Assembly (NCBI GenBank): GCA_037447605.1
Contig: CM074818.1
Location: 62,001 to 126,000 of the forward strand
DNA: 64,000 nt
Source: Zygnema circumcarinatum SAG 698-1b
Lineage: Eukaryota; Plantae; Zygnematophyceae
Direction of reading: 5' to 3'
The position numbers were made by a program, and so were the translations under genes. The stretch's first letter is position 1. The number at the start of each line of letters is the position of its first letter. The notes beneath the pieces are model-generated. The model worked only from the letters and a program-made list of their open reading frames with translations. It was not told the DNA's origin and did not search any database. Below are positions 56,183-64,000 of this stretch, piece after piece.

Positions 56183-59100
56183 TCACCGGCTGTCCGCTGC
56201 GGCCCCACCCTCGAAGTCGACTGCCAGCACGGTGGTGTTGTCTTGCGTGCGCGCCGCACGGGCCCTCCTCAGCAGGGCCCCCGCTACCGCGTGCGCGGTG
56301 CTCTGGCCCTGCTCCCGCTGCGCCTTCACCTACACCGCCGCCATTTGGGGGTCAGTTCAGATCGCAGCAGCAGATTGCCCTCGATTGCCATGCTTAGTCT
56401 TAGTAGCTGATATGGCCTCTGCGCCAAACACGCTCCGCACACGGAAGGCTGCTGTTGCGAAGTGAGCTGATGTGTGCACGCAGCTCACCTCTGCAACGAG
56501 CTGAAGTACGCGTTTGGGGCTCAAAACGTCCCAGAGACCATCACTGCAACCATCCTCCCAAACCAGTCATTTTCGAATGCTCACCCAGCTGCCGCTTACT
56601 TTCGATGTTCAAGACAATGCCGTGCCACTGCAGCATCCAGCCGCTATCGTATAAGAAATCCGTTTTAAGCATGTTGCGATCAAACAAGTCCAAATTCCAC
56701 CGAGCTTCCCGCCACAATCGCTATTTTCAGGAACGGCTTTACATGAGGAATTGCGATCCCACCTCGCAATCACCGCAAAGGTGTCGAGGCCGGTGCCCAG
56801 CTGGAGAGCTTGACTGATGTGCGGCTCGGCAGAAAGACCCACTCCTTGCGCCTTCAAAAACTTGTCGCCCAGGACACGTGCAATGTTCATCCCTGCAACG
56901 GCATTGAACTCTACAATCCCATCAGCTTATTGACTGGAAAAACGGCAGAAGAGCGGGAACTTTCGTTACAAACGTAGATGAAAGAACTGAAAAGGAGACT
57001 GCTTGGGACGTTAGGACGCCCTGGCGAAGCACGTGCCGATAGTCAAACAGAGCCCCGCCTCCCATTTGCTTCCTGAAACTCACCCCAAAGTCGTGTATCG
57101 CCTTCTCGCAATCCCACACCACAGCCCTCCAGCCGAGCTCGTTCCGCGGGGCTTGTCAAGCGGTGGTCCTCCGTCAGCACAAAATGCTCGCCGCAAATGC
57201 TGCTCCACCCACCAACGGCTCAAACGAGCAAGTCACACAGTGCAAACCGTCCAGTCCGTCAATAAACACATGCTTGAGCAGCCGATTTAAATTTTAAAGA
57301 CTTGTAATGCCCACTTCCAAAGCAGCGAAAATCGATCACTTCTCCAGATATCTGCACTCTGCACTCCTTGCTAAAACCAACACCTATCCCCTTTTAACCT
57401 GCGTACAGGCATAGGGACAGATGGATCTAAGCTTCTTTGCCTCTCACCTGAAGACACAGTGAGAGTCGCCGACATTAGCTGCCTGCGCAACAAGCAAGTT
57501 GGAAGTGTCCTGCCAGACGAGCAGCACAGTTGCGGTGCAGCCCTGCCCAAAAGAATTTGCAAATCAGTAGCAGAATAGCTGTGAAAGAAGTGAGCAACAC
57601 GTTTTCCTCATTACCACAGCCTGCCTCCAGTGTTTCATCGCAGTCATACTCTGCAGCAGTCAAATCACCTCATCCTCATTTGGTAGCTCCGCCTCAGTCT
57701 GATGGAAAGCCTCTCTCAGCACACTTGTTGCATTGCCCTCCAACAGGACAGTTTCACGAGTATCCTTGTCCAGAAGCAGGGCAGATAATTTTTCCGGCAT
57801 GATCCTGCATGCAATCCCACTAATCACATCCATAAGGGCCTTGATGAAGCACTAATAGGCAATGAAAGTCTAACAGCTGCAACTACGAGGGTGCCAAACA
57901 CATGACAGTCAATGTAGGTGCCACGTCGGATCAACTTACCGACTAGCATTTTCAGCGGCTGCCCTGCCTGCGTGGCCATCAAATATCGCAAACACTCCAA
58001 ACTGCATTAAAAAAAGTTCCGCCTAAGTCAGACTACGCTTCCTCCAAAGCACTCCTGAAAAAAATTAGAGCACGCAGAATCAACGGCCACCTCCACTCAA
58101 CTGCTAACAAACAAACTGCCATCAGGATTCTTGCGCCTTCATATCCTTAAATTCCAGTTCCCAACGCCAATCGATTTAAGAGCGCTAGAATGGACGCAAC
58201 GTGGATGAAAATGGGGCCATTGATGTTTTATTTCAGATGAGTGTACCTCCGTCAAACCTCGAAGCGGCCACTCGCATAGGGACACGTCTTCCATGGGAAG
58301 GGGCTTCGCATTTTTCCGTGCAGTCATCGCATCTGCCGCCACAGCCGCTATGAGCGGTGCAGAAGGGGCTGATGGAGGAACAAGAGATGTGCCTGAGATT
58401 CGCACCTTCCCATCCACACGGACGAAAGGAGATCTAAATTCGTAAGCCTTAATACTTTCCAGCTTCCGGTACAAAGAATGAGCATGTGATGGACATTGAC
58501 AGTAATACATGACACACACAATAGACCATGGCAGCATTGAGACAAGAGGAATAATCAGTTAGTTTATGACCTTCGAATGTCAAACTTCACATTGAATAAT
58601 TGGTGAACGCGAGTAAAGTCCCCTCTTCCTTCGAATACATTCACTCCTTACCCGCAATCGAGAAGACGATCCAACTGTAAATGAATCTCCATCATGCAGA
58701 TCCGCAGGTCTGCCCAGTGTTCGAACGGTTCCCCCCGGATTTGCGTTAACGGGGATCCCATTCAAAAATGTCCCATTCAAACTTCCTTTATCCACCAGCT
58801 GCCACCTTTCTACCTGTAAAGAGCACACACCATCCACGCCTGCCGTGCTTCAAGTACTAGAAAAGCTGCAGGTATTTGAAAGCAGAAACGGACAATCAAG
58901 GATGTTCGCCAGCAATTCAACCTGTATGCCACTTTTGCAAGCACGGCACATGCAGCACTTCCAACAAGGTTCGGTTCAAGTTCGATCAGTAGCAAACAAG
59001 CAGAAGTACAACATCCTGAGCGGTAGGCCAAGGGTTTCGTATGGGCACGGTGTCAAAGAGGAAGCGCATGCCCGCATGATTTGCCTACCTGCGGATTCCA

Positions 59101-60135
59101 GGAGATAGCCGCATGCCTGCTAGAGACTTCAAGGTCGTCTAGTGTCAACTGGTTGTGTGGTGCTCTTCCAATGGTCACCTCTGGCCATGGTGCCTCGACT
59201 GCGGTGGTGGAGATGCTGAGGCCTGCTGATGGTCCAAAGATGACCTCCAATACCAGCTTGCTTCCTGCAAGGGGATTGCACTTTTGGGATTAGGGAATGA
59301 GTTTCCCGAAATGAGATTGCAACGACGCAAAGCGCAAGGACATAACCCCGCAACAGCAAGAGAATTGCTTTCACTCTCAAGAGGAAAAAGGAAAAGTACA
59401 CTCCAAAACGATCATAGTGCAAGATAAAAAAACAGTCGTCGCGCCGAGAAAGGATAGAAATGAAATCGCCTACATTATACCCCTCATTCATCTGAATACC
59501 CTCTAGCTTTCTCTCCTCACTGCACATTGAGGCCTGAAGGTAGACTGATGCTAACCAGAAACTTTCGGTTGTCCATCTGTCACATTTAGCAGACTCCCAT
59601 CTGCCGCCTCGTCTGCATCTTGCAAATTCAAACTTTGCGACTGTGCCACTTCTTTCCGATCAAGCTCTTCCAACAACGGCTGCTCACTCTGTCGTGAAGA
59701 TTGATCAACCTGCATTCATGAACAATACTGGAATGGTCAGAGCGTTTTTCCATGCTTATGCTGCTTGTGATATGCGTCCGTAGGTGCATTTTAAACAAAG
59801 GTTGGTGAAATTAAAAAAGTACAGGTGCGGTGAATAATTAAGTTAATTAAGTTTGAGTGTGTCGTTCTTCCTGTCGCTTTCTTTCCTTATCCTTCTGTCC
59901 TACAATACCAATTTCGCAAGGCGCAGAATTCAAAACATTGGTAATTACATTGCAAGACTGATGAGTCGTGATGCATGAAATGACACTGCAACTCTCCATT
60001 CTGCTGGGACCATACCTGGCTGATGCATCCTGTGTCTGTCAGCTGGCGATGGCGGAGTGTGCGAAAGCACACATAAATTCCAGTTGCAATAATAGCAATC
60101 GCGCCTATCCCAATGGCCATCAACCGAGCACTCAT
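56183..60135 (-). CDS. KAPP: Kinase-associated protein phosphatase: N-terminal membrane anchor, FHA domain, PP2C domain
   Basis: Anchor LMAIGIGAIAIIATGIYVCF; FHA VTIGRAPHN..VSSRHA..GSLNGTF; DAMTARKNAKPLPMEDVSLCEWPL; FGVFAIFDGHAG; GCTATVLLVW..ANVGDS; TEDHR; NIARVLGDKFLK; SDGLWDV; QDNTT; stop TGA at 56183-56185. Confidence 0.92.
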
Positions 60136-61097
60136 GGCGTCCAAAGATTGTCACCACAAATGAGAGCTCATGCTGTCGTTTGCAAGTCTTTGAAAGTGCT
60201 CCTCAAAAGCGAACTACCGCTTCAGCAGTGGCAAGTTTTGAGTAGCAGACTTTGCAGCCGCAGTTGCAAAGGGAAGCAGTCATGGCGTGCAAGCAGCTGC
60301 CAGTCAGAAGCAAAAAGTGGCAACCGACAAACCTTGTTCAGCACTCATCGCAGGAGCCACATTATTCGAAGTAGGCTATTGAACAAAAGCGATTGCAGCT
60401 GCAGTGCTATTACGCGGGCTTCTCCCACGCGCGACGTCTCAAAAGGAAAATGAACTAAAACAAAAACTTCTAGAGGCGACTGTGGTGCAAGTTGGCCCGA
60501 GGCTGCGAGGTTCCTCCCTAAAAAGATAGCTCTTTGCAAGGGCACACTAGCAGGTACACGTGCTTCCAAACACGCAGCCTTCTCTGAAAGTAGTCATTTG
60601 AAAGCGTGCGGTAGGAACTACTCAAAAGCCTCGCGGCAGCCTAAAGGCGAAGCTTCTCCGCGACAGCAGCTGCCTGCCAACGCTGCATTCGGCTGCACCG
60701 TCCTTCGCTGAGGCCTGGTTCTGCTGCGCGCTTCAATGAACCTGGTCCGCGGCCATGGCTGGCAAATGCGGGCAGCATAAAAAAGCAGAGACTCCCCTCA
60801 CGACAGAGCTCCTGCCCCCGAAGAAGACAACGAGCGTTGCGCTATCAGCGAGGAACGAGGGCTACCCTGCGGTAGCGTGGAGCCGAGCCGAGCCGAGGCG
60901 AGGCTGTGGCTATGGCTGTGGCCGCGGCCAAAGCCGGAGCAGGAGCAGGAGCAGGAGCAGGGGCAGGGGCGGATATTAGGGTTCGAGTCAGTCCGGGCTG
61001 CGCGCGGCTCCTTCAAACTTCGAACCCGGTTGCCGCCTCCGCCCGCCCCCTCCCCGCCCCGCCCCGCCCCGCCCCGCCCCGCCGGGAGCAAACCGGC

Positions 61098-61243
61098 TGA
61101 CGTCATATCCTCGCAGCAGTTTCCACTTTTCAAGCAAGGAAAAACGTACTGACGTCACGCACGAGTCACAGCGCACGCACGGCGTCCTTGGTTTGCGGCC
61201 GGAGCCCTTCTAACTGCAGGCGCAGTTTGTACAGTGTCACGTG
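61098..61243. promoter_or_regulatory. Two TGACGTCA palindromes and one G-box upstream of KAPP
   Basis: TGACGTCA at 61098 and 61150; CACGTGGC at 61238; GC-box run at ~61060-61085. Confidence 0.4.
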
Positions 61244-61640
61244 GCGCGTCGCGAGTGGACACCGCACTGCCTGTACGAGTGATGAGCACTGCCTGATGAG
61301 TGGCAGGGGCCGGGGCAGCCCCCCGGCGCGATGAAGGGGGGAAGGATGGTGCGGGCTGCTACACGCGCTGGAGGGGAGGGCAGGGCAGGGCAGGGCGGCA
61401 GGCAGCTCGAGAGGACAGGACAGGACAGTGGCAAGCAGACAGGCAGGCAGGCAGGCAATCCACTATCCAGCGGCCATGGCCGTGCTCGTCGAACCTTTTC
61501 CAACTCCCGGAGGAGGATCCTTCAAATTGGAGGCAGGCGGCGACTGCCCCTCCTTGGGTGGTCTCAAATCAATTATTGCGCAATCAATTGGCCTTACTCT
61601 ACAGCCTCTAACCACTAAGCAAAAAAATTGTACAAGTTAT

Positions 61641-64000
<2,360 letters not shown>

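Overview
Intron-rich, GC-rich eukaryotic genomic DNA, most likely from a streptophyte green alga. This is an inference: plant-specific families (QALGGH zinc finger, KAPP, AFL-type B3, ZF-HD-type homeodomain, R2R3-MYB, caleosins) occur together with a HAMP-containing transmembrane hybrid histidine kinase unlike the canonical land-plant kinases. Gene models were assembled by eye from splice signals and reading-frame phase. In order: partial membrane-protein ORF (-), Harbinger-type Myb/SANT gene (-), R2R3-MYB (+), C2-like protein (-), Cache-HAMP dual-receiver hybrid histidine kinase (-), NAR1 (+), caleosin (-), RRP43 (+), DHFR-TS (+), caleosin (+), QALGGH C2H2 zinc finger (+), homeodomain exons followed by FUS3/ABI3-like B3 exons (+), a ~940 bp (CT)n tract, KAPP (-), and the 3' part of an ABCC transporter (-). 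Top candidates for novelty: (1) a probable single gene fusing a ZF-HD-class homeodomain to an AFL-type B3 domain; (2) an Sln1/TcsB- or bacterial-like Cache-HAMP sensor kinase; (3) RY and G-box clusters in neighbouring promoters, most notably that of a caleosin. I saw no rRNA, tRNA or CRISPR arrays.
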